From Marsupella aquatica (taxonomy: Eukaryota; Plantae; Marchantiophyta), in assembly GCA_973895155.1 (NCBI GenBank), contig OZ316896.1:13881542-13945541 (forward strand): 64,000 nt of DNA, given 5' to 3'. Below, one piece after another: positions 49,836-60,643 of the stretch. Numbering within the stretch: position 1 is the stretch's first letter; each line of letters begins with the position of its first letter. Position numbers and translations under genes: made by a program. The notes under the pieces were generated by a model. The model was not told the origin of the DNA, did not search any database, and worked only from the letters and a program-made list of their open reading frames with translations.

Positions 49836-52800
49836 ATGGAAATGCAAGGAGTCATTGTGAGCTCACTGAGTGAAAGTACAGTAGCAGAGGCTTCGCTTAC
49901 CAGGAATTTACCTCTTCACAAATGCGCGGGATTTCTCGAAGGTGGTGTACGATCTTGCTCTTGCAAACCGGTCAGCGCAAGTGCATTGGGACAATGTGGT
50001 GGAGGTTTCCAAGCAATTTCATCCGGTGAGTTAGTTGTACTGTTGGCAGTACTGATCAAAGATGTACACAGGCCTCCGTAAATGGGTTTGGGTCATGCTA
50101 AGTTTAGGCGAATTTGATTCAGATATTAGTGGGTGGGAACCGGGATATGATTTTGGCCACCATTGGTTTACTTGCATTGTCTGCCTGCACGCCGGAGACC
50201 AAGAACATTGGTAATAATCTGTATGACAACAAATTCTGTGTTTGCATCCGTAATGTGCTCTATTGGGGTATGACTTGGCTACCGTAGAGGTCTCCGAGCA
50301 ATTTTCTTGAGTTATCTCACCGTGCATCAATTCATGAAGCCACTATCAAGCATGCACGGGCTGTCATTTTGATGTTTTGTCCGGATGGGCCAACAACTGT
50401 ACGACCGAATTCCTCAAAGTTATGTCTCCTTGTCCTTGGAAATTGCATCGGAAAGGCCAACACAATATTTTTGAAAAGATCTCTTTGGGTGGCCTTCTCT
50501 ACAGAGGTGGAGGACGGATATGCCCGCTACTACTGCCTCTTGCCATGTATTCCCAATCATTTCGCAATTTTAGAGTAGATCTCACTCTACCCTACAGATG
50601 TGATTGAGCTATTTGCAGATACTGTTCTGAAATTCTTTGACTGAAGAGGTTGACGGTTCACAATTGTAGTCTCTGATGCAGGCCAATCTTCTCGGTCACA
50701 TGTTAAGTGCAAACTGGAATCATCGAAGTCGAAGCAAAATCAATCAAGACGATATGGGCAGGAGAATGCTTTGGGTGGAAAAAGAAGTGAAGCATCCCGG
50801 ATCTTTTCATTGAGTCTATTTGGCATCTCCTGTGGCACAGCATTCTTAGGGACAGCAAACGATGCAGGTGCTGCAGTAGCTAAGAAAAAAACTGCAAGTT
50901 TAACTTTGGCTGCCTTCGCAGTCACCAAAGTTGCTTACGAGAAGGTGTGAGATTGCACAAGCACTTACTTCTCTCCTTGTATGTATTGGGAGTGCTCCTG
51001 TTGAAAACTTTCGAAGAGTGACAATCTTTTCACTTGTTAAATGGATGTGGTATTGCTGGCTGTGTGAAAATGTGAGAACATGCGGATTTAAGTTGTCCAG
51101 GTTCACCAAAGCTAGTTATTGTCCTTTCTGTGTTTGTCACATGTATATTGGTAGAAACACTCGTCACTATAAGTTGCTATGCAGGTGGCGACACCATTTT
51201 GTACATGCATTGCACATTGTAAGAGTTTGACTGAATACTGATCTGGCCAGATTACACGCCTTTTTGCCAAAAAATGGCTCGAGGAGACTGGTCAAGAAGT
51301 GCGCTTCCGATTAAGTATAGGTGTGATATTATGCCCTGTGTTCGGTCCTTGAGTTCCCAATAGATAACGTAGGCAATCTGTCATGAGTACGTATTTAAGG
51401 GCAAATTAATCGACTAAAGAATTTTCTTGATTTGGTAAAAATGAAATAGGTTTGCTTCTACGTTACAAAAAACTCTTGGGACTATTCTTCTGAGTTGATT
51501 ATTTCATACCATCCATAGCTGCACACCTAAACAGTCTGTCGAAGTCCGGTGGCTTTTTGATAGCCTTCTAAATGGATAGTAAGACTGGCCGATGTGTTCA
51601 AATTTCGTATTTCCTGTTTTGGTTGACCTGCTTTATATATTAGTAGGGTCATAATTAAGTCTGGCAAAACAGTTATTTGGCCGCTGACTTAATTTTATGG
51701 GCAGCCGGAAGTGGAACGCAAGCCAGGGCAGTAATTGATGGTCTACCTGTAAGTATCATCCCTTGGTGATTTGAACTGCACCTACTACCAAACCTGATCG
51801 TAAACAGTGACCGCGCATCTTAGTTGTTGAGGAATAAGGCCATTGCCGTAGAACTCTGAAAGGTACCCATTTTCAAGTTCTTCGAGTGTTTGATTTGTTG
51901 GCAGATCAGTGTCGTGCTTGATATGGTTCGCATAATCGGAAGCAAGTGGCATTGAAAGGGTTGCAAAACTTTCACATTTGGAGAAGGAGGAGCAGTACTG
52001 ACTGACTACAGGACATGGCAATTGCAGGCTGATGTCGTGTCCCTTGCCCTCCCCCTCGATGTGATCAAGATCCAGGAGGCTGGACTTATTGACAATGACT
52101 GGCAGCAACGTGTAAGAAATCAAATCCTGCTGTGGTCATCTCGTATCTACGGACTAAGACAGCGGATGAGGGTTGTTTTGCAATTTTGTTGCTTCATATC
52201 TATCGCTACATTTTGGCTCTCAGACTCAGCAGGACAGAAACTATTACCAATGTCTTGAATGGACGAGTGGCAGCCATCTTCCTGCACGATGGAGTTCCGT
52301 ATCTTGCTCCAAGTTAAAATACAGTACAGATATCAATAGTGTGTGGTGCACAGTAGGTTTCCCACAGGTCCTCCGGTTGTTGCCTCTACAGGTATCCTGA
52401 ACAGATGGTGAGGTTTCTATTATCTGCTCCTTTGTTTTACAGGTGCCAAATAATGGAGTACCTGCAGAGACGACCGTCTGCCTCGTCACAAGACCAGGCA
52501 ACCCAAAGCAAATTATGGATTGGGAGGATCTTGCAAGGTTTTCCCGTCGTTGCTCTCTTGTAGGGTAGCTCGTGTGGGGTTGTGATTGTACTAGAGCGTC
52601 ATTTGGTGGATGGATTGGCTCTACAAATCGAAAGCTACTCTGGCAGCTAAACTTTTCTTGTTTCCTCTATAGTTTGTTCCGAGGATTGTGGTTATCGTTT
52701 TGGGCCGCATTATTGTATGGTCTTTTTTAGATGTCTAGGCAACTTATAACTTGTATTGTACACTTAAAGTAGGCAAGGGAGTTCTGCTCCTCTGTTCACC

Positions 52801-55456
52801 ACAGCCAGTGTGCAGTTATCTATATGCTTTATTCCGGTATAGTGCTTTATTTCGCAAAACACTCCAATAACACTACATTTCATAGGAGTGACGTCGCGGT
52901 GCTCACAGCAAATCCGAAAACAGCTGGGGTTGCGCGGTGGAATTTCCTTGCTCTCTGGGGATCGATCATTGTTACTGGCGAAGGTGAGTTAGGCAGCTCA
53001 TCCCTTTGGTACGAAGCTTTCTGTTCCATTGATTGTCTTATTTCTGGCCGCGTTTAGCCACGCGACTTCAAATTAGTTTATTGCTGGGGCGCAACAGACG
53101 AAGTGTCATGATTTTAACCACTCTTCTGCTCAAACAGAAAGATAACTGTTATCCTTCAACAAACGACCTCATTTCAACTCCACGGACTTAAATAATTAAT
53201 GTTTGTATGCTCGATGTAGGCGAAGAGGATGCACAACAATTTGTTGAAGACGTTTTCAGAAATGTTCCTGTAGAGCCTCGAGATGCTCGTGAGGTACTTT
53301 CAGTTTCTGCCTCTCTACTAGAATGCACTTTCTTGGTGGACAGATGGTTGCTTCCCGTTGATTGTGTGCTACTTCACATTTACTATGCGCCTCTGACATG
53401 TAAAGGGAAGCTCCCATGTCCAGGAGCCTTTGGCCTAGTAGTGCAGTAATGGCCTAAGATTATACCCTATACATGCTTTGGCATTTGCTGTGATGCGGTT
53501 TTGAGCCCACCGAAATTGGTGAACAGAAGAAATATTTCACCATGAGATTGATTGGCTATTGCAGGTCTCAGATGTGTTCTTCAAGCAGGAAATCGGAGAT
53601 GTAATGATCACGTACGAGAACGAAATATTGCTGACAAATGAGAAAATCATCGAGGTAGCGTTTCAATGTGTTACCAAAATATGGCACAGCGAAATGCAAT
53701 ACTGGCGAATGCTTGCCCCGCATTTATGGTATGATTGGTCATGCGTCTTAATAATCGTTGAAAAGTATCCCATTTGGCCGGGACTTCTTTCCAACAAGCC
53801 TTTGCTGTTTGGTTCAGGGTAAAGGAGAACCTCTTCCTTTTACAGTGCCGAAAGTAAATGTTCGAGTTGAGACAGCGGTAAGAAGCTCTGTATGCCCGCA
53901 AATGGTGCTCATATGAATTCCAATAACGTGCGAGATCCAGTTTGTTTGTGCCACATTGCACATGAATAGTGATTGATTTGAACAGTTTTCATCCCTTCGC
54001 ACTCAAGACATGGGTTTGTGGTGGTTGGCAGTTAGCAGTCGTGGACAAAAACGCTCGAAGGAATGGTGTTCATGAGGTAATTCTCATAGTTTAGACTTTT
54101 CGTGAAGATAAAGAAAGACTACAATTCTTTGTGCATTACTCCTGGCCCTCAACAGAAGGCTTAACTAGTAAATCACAAGCTCATAGACAGCAATTGCTCG
54201 TACAAACTCACTCGAATTTGTTTTATAGGGTTAGGTTTACGTATGATTTAGTAGACACCAAGCATCCTGATAACTTCAGTAGATTGACAGATGAATTGAG
54301 CATATGTCAAGTATGTTTGATGGGATGCCCGAAGTTGTCTGATGTGCTTGCAGCTGGAGTGCTTTAATTTGCTAATCTTGCCGTCATGTGGTCAAAGAAT
54401 GAAATTTGGGCTTGTCCTTTCATCTTCAGATTGCTGCCGCTTTTGTTGAGTTCTGTTTCGCTGAACCTGCACAACGGGAGTACGCGAAGAGTGGATTCAG
54501 ACCCTTCTTGGAGTCGGTGGGTTATAGTGGAGCTCCTCGTATTCAAACTATTTGTGGTCACTTCTGTTTAAGGTTTACTTTAGTAGCGCAACTATCTAAT
54601 GGGATTGTAGTTGGAGATGTGCCATGAAGGAAAGGTTGCTTTTACTGTTCAATTCTGCGGTCTGATGCATGACAGCTGTTTGGGGGCTGTTCTGTCATGC
54701 AGCAGACTTACAAGCTGGGTGTTCCCGTTCGGAAAAGTATCTTGAAAACAAAATAATGTAGAAGTCGTTGCATCAAGTAGAAGCTTTTCATTCCGATGGT
54801 TTTGAACCTCCTGCCTCACTATAAAGCACCTTTGAGGAATGATTTACGTATCTCTGAGCTTACTTCTATCTGTGCTATACATTTGTTCTGACAGAATTTG
54901 GAAAATTTGCTAACCTGTGATGTATTACGGGTGCTTCTTTTCAATAGCAGCGAGTGTAGACAATATTTGTTAGGTTGTACATTTTTTATCCTAATCGTGT
55001 CGTTATTTTCAATCGTCTTGGATGGAGCAGGTGGCCGCCGAATTTGGATTTCCACCGATAGAAAAGCCTTGGAGAGTGGAGGAAGAGATTGGAGATTGGG
55101 TTTTTGTCCAGGTAATTTCATTAACATTCTAATAACTGTTTTGCGTTTTGCGTGGTTGATAAAGACTGCACGGTGAAGTTTGGTGATAGCTTCATATACA
55201 GTATTTCAATACTTCTTGTTCTCCAATTTGTATGGGTCTGTTTTTTATTTAAGCCACCAAATAATTACTTTGACAGGAATCGCTTTCTAATGGTGAATGT
55301 CAGTGTTGTTATTACCCTTCTCTTAATGAGCTGTCTACAAACATATTTCACTGAGTGAGTGTATGCATATTCTGCCATCAGAAAAAGTTCTTTGATGACA
55401 AGGCAATAGTTGATATCATCGAGGAGAACATTCGGGACACCAGGCTCGCATTATAA
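49836..55456 (+). CDS. SBP: Plastid-targeted sulfate-binding protein of an ABC sulfate transporter (SbpA/Sbp family), 14 coding exons
   Basis: Exons 49836-50025, 50682-50944, 51251-51320, 51705-51748, 52028-52111, 52443-52537, 52886-52983, 53220-53293, 53565-53654, 53818-53877, 54032-54076, 54430-54516, 55031-55111 and 55382-55456. Motifs LTLAAFAVTK, AGSGTQARAVIDGLPADVVSLAL, GNPKQIMDWEDL, TANPKTAGVARWNFLALWG, PRDARE, GDVMITYENE and AQREYAKSGFRP. Confidence 0.92.
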
Positions 55457-56019
55457 AGTTTTGACCACCGTTTCAACGGCAAGTTGAAGACAGCTTTTCT
55501 AAATGCATACTTGGAAGGCTTCTTTTTGACTCCACTAGGCTGTACAGGAAAGGGAACTTTTAGGATGAAAGAGGCTAGGAAGCAGTTAATACATCTGGCC
55601 TCAGTTATTTCGGCATTACTGGAGAATTATGGGCAAGGTTTCCATAATTCGTTTCAGCTTTAAGTCTGCTTCAGAAGTCGTGCGGATCACGCTGCTGCAG
55701 TTTCCATTTTGGGAGTAAACTTCTGTACTCGATGAGAATAAGTGGGGGCGGCGAGCACTCTCAATGGGCGGGAAGCAGGTTCTCACTGTTGTCCTCATTT
55801 ATCCATAAAGGAAGCTTGATAAGAGTATGAACTCTTATGGATGTTTAGTACTGAGAGACTTGTCAGATTTGTCGTCACAGTGAAGCTGAGAGCAGAAACT
55901 CTGCATTTTTGAAGGGAAAGTTTTGGAAAGATGTCGCCAGCCTGCACTTATCCATGTTTGGCAATTATGCAAGCTACAATAGACAAGCTCCTGTCCCATA
56001 ATCATACATCAAAATGTGA

Positions 56020-56240
56020 TAATATATGGTTTGCACTCATCTATTTAAAGAAAATAAGGTCATATATGATGTGCATTCATTTATTTAAACAAAATAATGA
56101 GATGTTAGACACCATTGTAATATATGGTGTGGATTCATCTATTTCATATATGGTGTGCATTCATCTATTTAAAGAAAATAAGGTAATATATGATGTGCAT
56201 TCATTGATTTAAATAAAATAATGAGATGTCAGACACACGC
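56020..56240. repeat. AT-rich tandem repeat (atatg.tgtgcattcat.tatttaaa.aaaataa)
   Basis: Several degenerate copies, with a higher-order duplication of about 125 bp. Confidence 0.7.
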
Positions 56241-56885
56241 ATGTGTCATATTTTGACTGAAATAGTAGGGAAGTTGGGTGAAATAGTAGGGAAGTTGGGG
56301 ACAGGTCAGAGCATGCTTGACAACTAATTTTGAATGTACCAACCTCTTGTTTACAGGCATTGTGGCTCATGGAGCCCAAAACAATGAGAATTGAAAAAAG
56401 GACATGACAGGTAGCAGGACGTTAGTACACTGAAAGGCCCAAAACAACTTTTTTCTTTGTACTATTTTTAGTACATGTAGCAGAGAAGTTTGATAATGTG
56501 TGGACCTGGAACCAAGTTTGATAATGCGTGGACCCCGAACCTTGACTGTGCCTTCGTCCCCATAAGTGCACTAAATTACAAAAAGAAAAACACAAAGTGA
56601 GTAAAGTTTTCAGACTGTAATGCAAGGTTAGAAAAATATTTTCTAATTTAAAAACAATCTGGGCAATGTTTAGATCAAGAAAGCCTGGATACAACTGCAA
56701 GTTGACCAGAATGCTCCCCTGGACTTTCACAACTCACAGGGCAGCTGTCAAAATGTAGAAAGTGGGCCCAAAATAGGTTTCATAATTCTGTCCCAAAAAT
56801 GATCTAACATTGGGTTAACCAAAGACATAGGGTTAAGTGCGCCCATAGTTGCACCCTATTGTAGACCCACTGTTAGGTACCCAGC

Positions 56886-57153
56886 TCGTTCCTGTTTACT
56901 GGACAAGGTGCTCCCCCTCTTGCTCCAGTAGTTAAATTTCTGGTTAACCTTACTTCGTTCCTGTTTACTGGACAAGGTGCTCCCCCTCTTGCTCCCAGTA
57001 GTTAAATTTCTGGTTAACCTTCCTTTCTTGTGAGCCAGCTTGTACAGGTCTCCCGTTCTTTGGTCACCACGACCCTTCGTCCACGTGGGTGCCAACCCCC
57101 TTTGTGGACCAGCCTTTGTATGCCAACCCCCTTTGTAGACCAGCCTTTGTATG
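56886..57153. repeat. Tandem duplications (about 68 bp x2 and about 30 bp x2)
   Basis: tcgttcctgtttactggacaaggtgctccccctcttgctcc(c)agtagttaaatttctggttaacctt occurs twice, and gccaaccccctttgt.gaccagcctttgtat occurs twice. Confidence 0.85.
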
Positions 57154-58411
57154 CAGTGTTTTGAATGAATTTCAACTGGTTTTTTCGAGCCAAGTTTAAG
57201 GAGAAAATGAAGGTATTCTGTGATTGTTAGCTGGTTCTCAGTCCATCAATGTTGGTAACCAGCAGTATAAGTTGCATCCATCATCTCTCTTCACGATTGT
57301 GCTTCATATCCAGTTGTGGACAGTGCTCAGATAACCCATATTGGTGCAACCCGTAGAACTCCAGCAGAAAAGAGAAACTGTAACTACTCGAACTTGTCTT
57401 ACTTTGTCTTTCTCAGGTGGGCTCTCAACTTCACAGCCCATCTCTCTTTTGCCTCCATGCAGAGCTTTATTTTCTGATTGAACATTCCTCTTTGAAATTT
57501 CTAAGCGCGGACTTGAGCTCTGAAATTTCTAATTGAACAAATGGAGCTCAAAAATTTCTAAGCGAAGGTTAGAGCTCTAGTCGAGCAATGGAGCTCTGAA
57601 ATTTGTAATCGAACATTGGAGCCCTGAAATTCCTAAGCAATCCCGAAATGTCGTAGAGTGGAGTCTGAGGGGCCCACTCAAGTAACAGATCAGGCAGCTT
57701 GAACATACTAATCGAAAATAACTAGGCAGTGCTCCACTGTTTAACTTCAAGTGTCCTCTGAAATCTCCACATGACAGTGCTCTCTTCTCAACGCACCTTG
57801 GGACGTCCTGCATAGCACGAGTGTGTTCCATCTTCCTAGTCCTCCTGCGCAGCTCTCGACCGATTTCTGGTATTGCATACAGTTTCTCCAACCATAATCT
57901 GTGGTGCCACCGAAAACTGGTGCCACCATAATTGGATATGGTAACCATGGTTTCAAGGTGAACTTCCATCCGATATGGTGGTCACATTTCTGTCTCTTTA
58001 CTTTTCTGCAGAATCGTGATTGTGAGGGGAAGCTGATTCCATTGGAGTCATTGTGGACAACGTGAGATGCAATCTTAGAATGTTTATAGAATATGGATCA
58101 CATACATTCCAACGAACAAAAAAAGTCAAAACAGAGAATGTTTCTAAGATATAGATATATACAGAAAGAGCTGAACCTGGAAACAGTCATGCTAAAGAAC
58201 AGAAAGAGCTAAATCTGGAAGGGACACACGGGATCCCGAAGGCAGGAGACCCTGGATTATAAAGTTTTTCCGAATTTCGCAAAAGCCACCGAAAAAGGCT
58301 TTAAAAATGAACATTTGGTAGGTTTTGTGGCGCCCCTCCAGCATCTTTATGGACTAAATGGAGCACAAGGATGGATTCAGGACTTGATCAGTGTTGGAAC
58401 TTTCAACAGCA

Positions 58412-58482
58412 TGGTCCGGCAAGGAATTGAACCTAGGACCTCCCGTGTACATCGTAGTGCTCTACCACTGAGCTACAGGCCC
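58412..58482 (-). tRNA. tRNA-like cloverleaf inside the 3' LTR
   Basis: Second copy, differing at three positions. A box TAGCTCAGTGG and B box GGTTCAATTCC are intact. Confidence 0.65.
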
Positions 58483-58681
58483 TTTGTGGGGGTATCCATC
58501 TTCATTTGAGTGTGGTTCATTTCCAACACCCACCCTTGAGCCTCACTCGCTACAAGGGAAACTCCTTTTCTTTGGCTCTGATACCATGTTGGAACTTTCA
58601 ACAGCATGGACCGGCTAGGAATTGCTACAAGGGAAACTCCTTTTCTTTGGCTCTGATACCATGTTGGAACTTTCAACAGCA

Positions 58682-58752
58682 TGGACCGGCTAGGAATTGA
58701 ACCTAGGACCTCCCGTGTACATCGTAATGCTCTACCACTGAGCTACAGGCCC
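58682..58752 (-). tRNA. tRNA-like cloverleaf inside the 5' LTR (GTA at the anticodon position; probably not a functional tRNA)
   Basis: GGGCCTGTAGCTCAGTGGTAGAGCATTACGATGTACACGGGAGGTCCTAGGTTCAATTCCTAGCCGGTCCA has a perfect D stem (GCTC/GAGC), a perfect T stem (CTAGG/CCTAG) and intact A and B boxes. The acceptor and anticodon stems are imperfect. Confidence 0.7.
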
Positions 58753-59004
58753 TTTGTGGCTGTATCCATCTTCGTTAGAGTGTGGTTCATTTCCAACAAT
58801 CCCCCTCTGACGATCAGTCTTAAAAAAATTTAACAAATGCATGAAGTCTACCGCAGTCGTGGTCGGATGTGCCTCCACTACACACTACTTGACTCGGGGC
58901 CCCACAAAACCTACCAAATGTTGTTTTTTTGTAAACTTTAATGTTTTAGTGGATGATGAGGAATACGAAGACCTTGCTGGCACCAACAGCGAGAAGCAAG
59001 TCCA

Positions 59005-59215
59005 GAAAGTCTGCTGCACAGCGACGGTCAATTAGCGAACATATTGCCGATTGATACGAGGGAGAACGAAAGCCTGCTGGTTAGCGAGGGTCAAATAGCG
59101 AAACATTTCCGATTGATATCAGGGAGAAAGAAAGCCTGCCGCGTAGGACGGTCAATTATCGAACACGGTAACGATTGATGTCATAGAGAAGGAAGGCTGC
59201 TGCATAGCGACGGTC
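59005..59215. repeat. About 62-bp diverged tandem repeat (3.5 copies) directly upstream of the AIM24 gene
   Basis: Units read gaa.g.ctgc.g...ag(c)ga.ggtcaa.ta.cgaa.......cgattgat......gagaa, with GGTCAA at 59026, 59089 and 59150. Confidence 0.75.
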
Positions 59216-59349
59216 CGCCTTATAGTAAGAGTGGTGGAGTTTGGAACTGAACAACCGACATTTGATTGACGATCCTTCTTCACAATCGCAACCTGAGACG
59301 ATTCCGAACGATTACATCTGTTTGGAGTTGGAGAGAGAGCGAGATAGAG

Positions 59350-60087
59350 ATGGCTTACACTCTGGATCAGTATGCGCATATGAACGCGCAACACCAGCAG
59401 AATGTGCAGTCATTCGAGTTGCCACACGGCAACGAGAAGATGCTGGAAGTGAATTTCGGAGTGCCGAGCAGCACCGGCGCTCCGCTCTCGATGGTGTGGA
59501 CCAAGCACAACTCCATGGTGGCGTATAGGGGCGAGGTGAGCTTCAGGCGGGAAGGATTCATGCAGCACGGCGTGGGTAACATGTTGAAGAAGGCCATGAG
59601 CAGCGAGGGCACCACTCTCACGCAGGCCACCGCCAACGGCCGGGCGCAGCTCTACTTGGCCGACTACGGAAAGGTGATCACCATTTTCAGACTGCAGGGT
59701 GACTCGATCAGCGTCAATGGCGATGACTTGCTCGCCTTCGAGCCCACCGTGACCCACAAGATCAAAATGTTGAAGAATGTCTCGTCGATCGTTGCAGGAG
59801 GGCTCCTCAACATAAAGCTGACCGGGCACGGGTTCGTTGCTATCTTGACTCACGGGAAGCCCATCACCCTCGCGGTTGGGCCGGGGCTGCCTCCAGTGCA
59901 TACCGACCCCGATGCCACTGTGGCTTGGTCAGGAGATCTGTCGCCGGACTTCAAGACCGACGTTCAATTCAAAACGCTATTCGGGCGTGGCAGTGGAGAG
60001 AGCTTCCAAATGAAATTCGATGGCAACCGTGGACCTCCTGGCTTTGTGCTAGTGCAGCCCTACGAAGAGAATACTAAAGCAGTTTAG
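59350..60087 (+). CDS. AIM24: AIM24-family protein, intronless, bacterial-type (245 aa)
   Basis: SMVAYRGEVSFRREG, LKKAMSSEG, LYLADYGK, VNGDDLLAFE, AGGLLNIKLTGHG, TDPDATVAWSG, FGRGSGESFQMKF and GFVLVQPYEE are the three-repeat AIM24 signature. GC-rich single exon. Confidence 0.9.
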   Translation: MAYTLDQYAHMNAQHQQNVQSFELPHGNEKMLEVNFGVPSSTGAPLSMVWTKHNSMVAYRGEVSFRREGFMQHGVGNMLKKAMSSEGTTLTQATANGRAQLYLADYGKVITIFRLQGDSISVNGDDLLAFEPTVTHKIKMLKNVSSIVAGGLLNIKLTGHGFVAILTHGKPITLAVGPGLPPVHTDPDATVAWSGDLSPDFKTDVQFKTLFGRGSGESFQMKFDGNRGPPGFVLVQPYEENTKAV

Positions 60088-60332
60088 CGCAAGCTGCGAT
60101 CTAGCAAGTGAAATCAAATTCCGCAATGGGCTGACCGTGATTTCTTCAGTATGCACAATGTCTCTGTTGTTTTGTGTTCTGACATTCATTCACTCTTCGA
60201 TTCATCCTCGGCGGCTGAGTGTTTCTGCTACAGTTCCTTGTTCAATCGATTTGTACATTGAGTGTTACAGTGCTGCCTCTGCTTGCATCCAACCGAGCAG
60301 TTCAGCTTCGTCAGAATTGAAGTGCGGCATGA

Positions 60333-60643
60333 TGGCAAGTAATTGATCCTCTCTTACACAGCTAAACTTTCATAATGTGGGACCATGGCAAGTAATATAT
60401 CCTCTCTTACACAGCTAAACTTTCATAATGTGGGACCACGAATTGTATCGACTTCTCTGTTTGTGAGAGTTCTGACCAAATGCACCCGAGTAGTTGATGT
60501 GAACTTACTACAATTTGCTAGGGAGCTTTTGATGTTTGAACTGGAGCCCATTCATTGACCAAATGCACCCGAGTAGTTGATGTGAACTTACTACAATTTG
60601 CTAGGGAGCTTTTGAAGTTTGATCTGGAGCCCATTCATTGACC
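60333..60643. repeat. Two tandem duplications (about 54 bp x2 and about 84 bp x2)
   Basis: ggcaagtaat...tcctctcttacacagctaaactttcataatgtgggacca occurs twice, and tgaccaaatgcacccgagtagttgatgtgaacttactac...ggagcccattcat occurs twice. Confidence 0.85.

Larger units (their letters stand above)
58392..58798 (-). mobile_element. TRIM (miniature LTR retrotransposon) with tRNA-containing LTRs
   Basis: Two 137-bp LTRs (58662-58798 and 58392-58528) with TGTTGGAA...TTCCAACA ends. PBS TGGTATCAGAGCC (initiator Met type) at 58649-58661 on the minus strand, PPT AAGGGTGGG at 58529-58537, a 58-bp core internal region and a 75-bp internal duplication. Confidence 0.9.

Noticed and set aside
58412-58752. Two bona fide tRNA-Tyr(GTA) genes
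   Set aside because: Mismatched acceptor and anticodon stems, C at position 37, no intron (plant nuclear tRNA-Tyr genes have one), no oligo-T terminator, and both copies sit at the same position inside LTRs.
59266-59349. N-terminal extension (targeting peptide) of AIM24 from the ORF track
   Set aside because: It starts at a non-ATG codon, and the first ATG at 59350 coincides with the family N-terminus.
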